A stretch of DNA of 64,000 bases, taken from NCBI RefSeq assembly GCF_041956535.1, contig NW_027192219.1, positions 134,546 through 198,545 of the forward strand, written 5' to 3'. How positions within the stretch are numbered: position 1 is the stretch's first letter; each line of letters opens with the position of its first letter. Below, piece after piece: positions 63,379 to 64,000 of this stretch. A program made the position numbers and the translations under genes. The notes under the pieces are model-generated. The model was not told where the DNA came from. It was given only the letters and a program-made list of their open reading frames with translations, and ran no database searches. This DNA comes from Calcarisporiella thermophila CBS 279.70. Lineage: Eukaryota; Fungi; Calcarisporiellomycota.

Positions 63379-64000
63379 ACGGTTGGAGAGGGATTCTAAA
63401 CTCTTGCTCTTGTAGCGCCTATTTAATATTCGTTATATCCTCCTAATGTTGTTGATTCCCCCATTCTTGTTTAAATTTATTATTTACACTTTTCTTCCTT
63501 TCTGTTAATGTATCCACCTTATTTATTGCTGTTCCATTTACTTGTAGATTGAAATATAGACGATGATGTGGCTATTGAATTGGTTTTGGGGATATCTTGC
63601 TGCGGTTTTCATTTGGCCGTCGTAGAGCTACAATAAAAGAGGCTTGTAGCCTTGTATTCATTCAAGTCAAAAAAGGGAGTGGAAGAGGCACGAGTTTTTA
63701 TCAAAGCTGCCGGGGGATGGTGAAAAAAAAAGGCGCCTATTTTCGGTCTTCTATGGAATACAACATTGCACTTATGAACAGGACGCATCATCCTAAGCGT
63801 CAGGAGGAACAAAAACAACAGAAATAAAAAAAAAATACACACAAACATTCTAGCTAGTAGCTGCGGCCAATACGCTTTGCGGGGGGGTCAAGCCGGGTCA
63901 TGACGTCTTCGGGTATGGTGGGGATAGAATCCCAACTGGCAAGGGAGGAAAGGGTGTACACATCTAGAGGTGGCTCCAGGCGTTCTACTATTGTTATCGT

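Overview
Gene-dense, intron-rich eukaryotic DNA. Short GT-AG introns with CTAAC-type branch points and the gene content suggest an early-diverging fungus, probably Mucoromycota (inference). It holds about 29 protein genes: a contiguous H2A/H2B/H4/H3 histone quartet, eRF3, HBS1, eIF5A, NIP7, ZNG1/CobW, a USP36-like DUB, M28 aminopeptidase, CNS1, STRAP, SWA2-like auxilin, EAF, a GLI-like C2H2 factor, a Wee1-like kinase, G-beta, fasciclin, a Kex1-like protein and others. Also present are tRNA-Lys(CUU), decayed Tc1 and MULE transposases, a 71-bp Tc1-type mini-element and a 405-N gap. Most notable: (1) an intact Kex1-like membrane protein with all three catalytic-triad residues replaced; (2) an HBS1 locus with a phase-compatible alternative segment carrying Ski7-like motifs; (3) a tRNA-like Pol III element with encoded CCA, head-to-head with tRNA-Lys; (4) two densely base-paired non-coding islands at 59.3-60.2 kb; (5) an identical 13-bp CGCG motif in both histone promoters. 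Exon boundaries and RNA pairings were worked out by eye and need computational confirmation.
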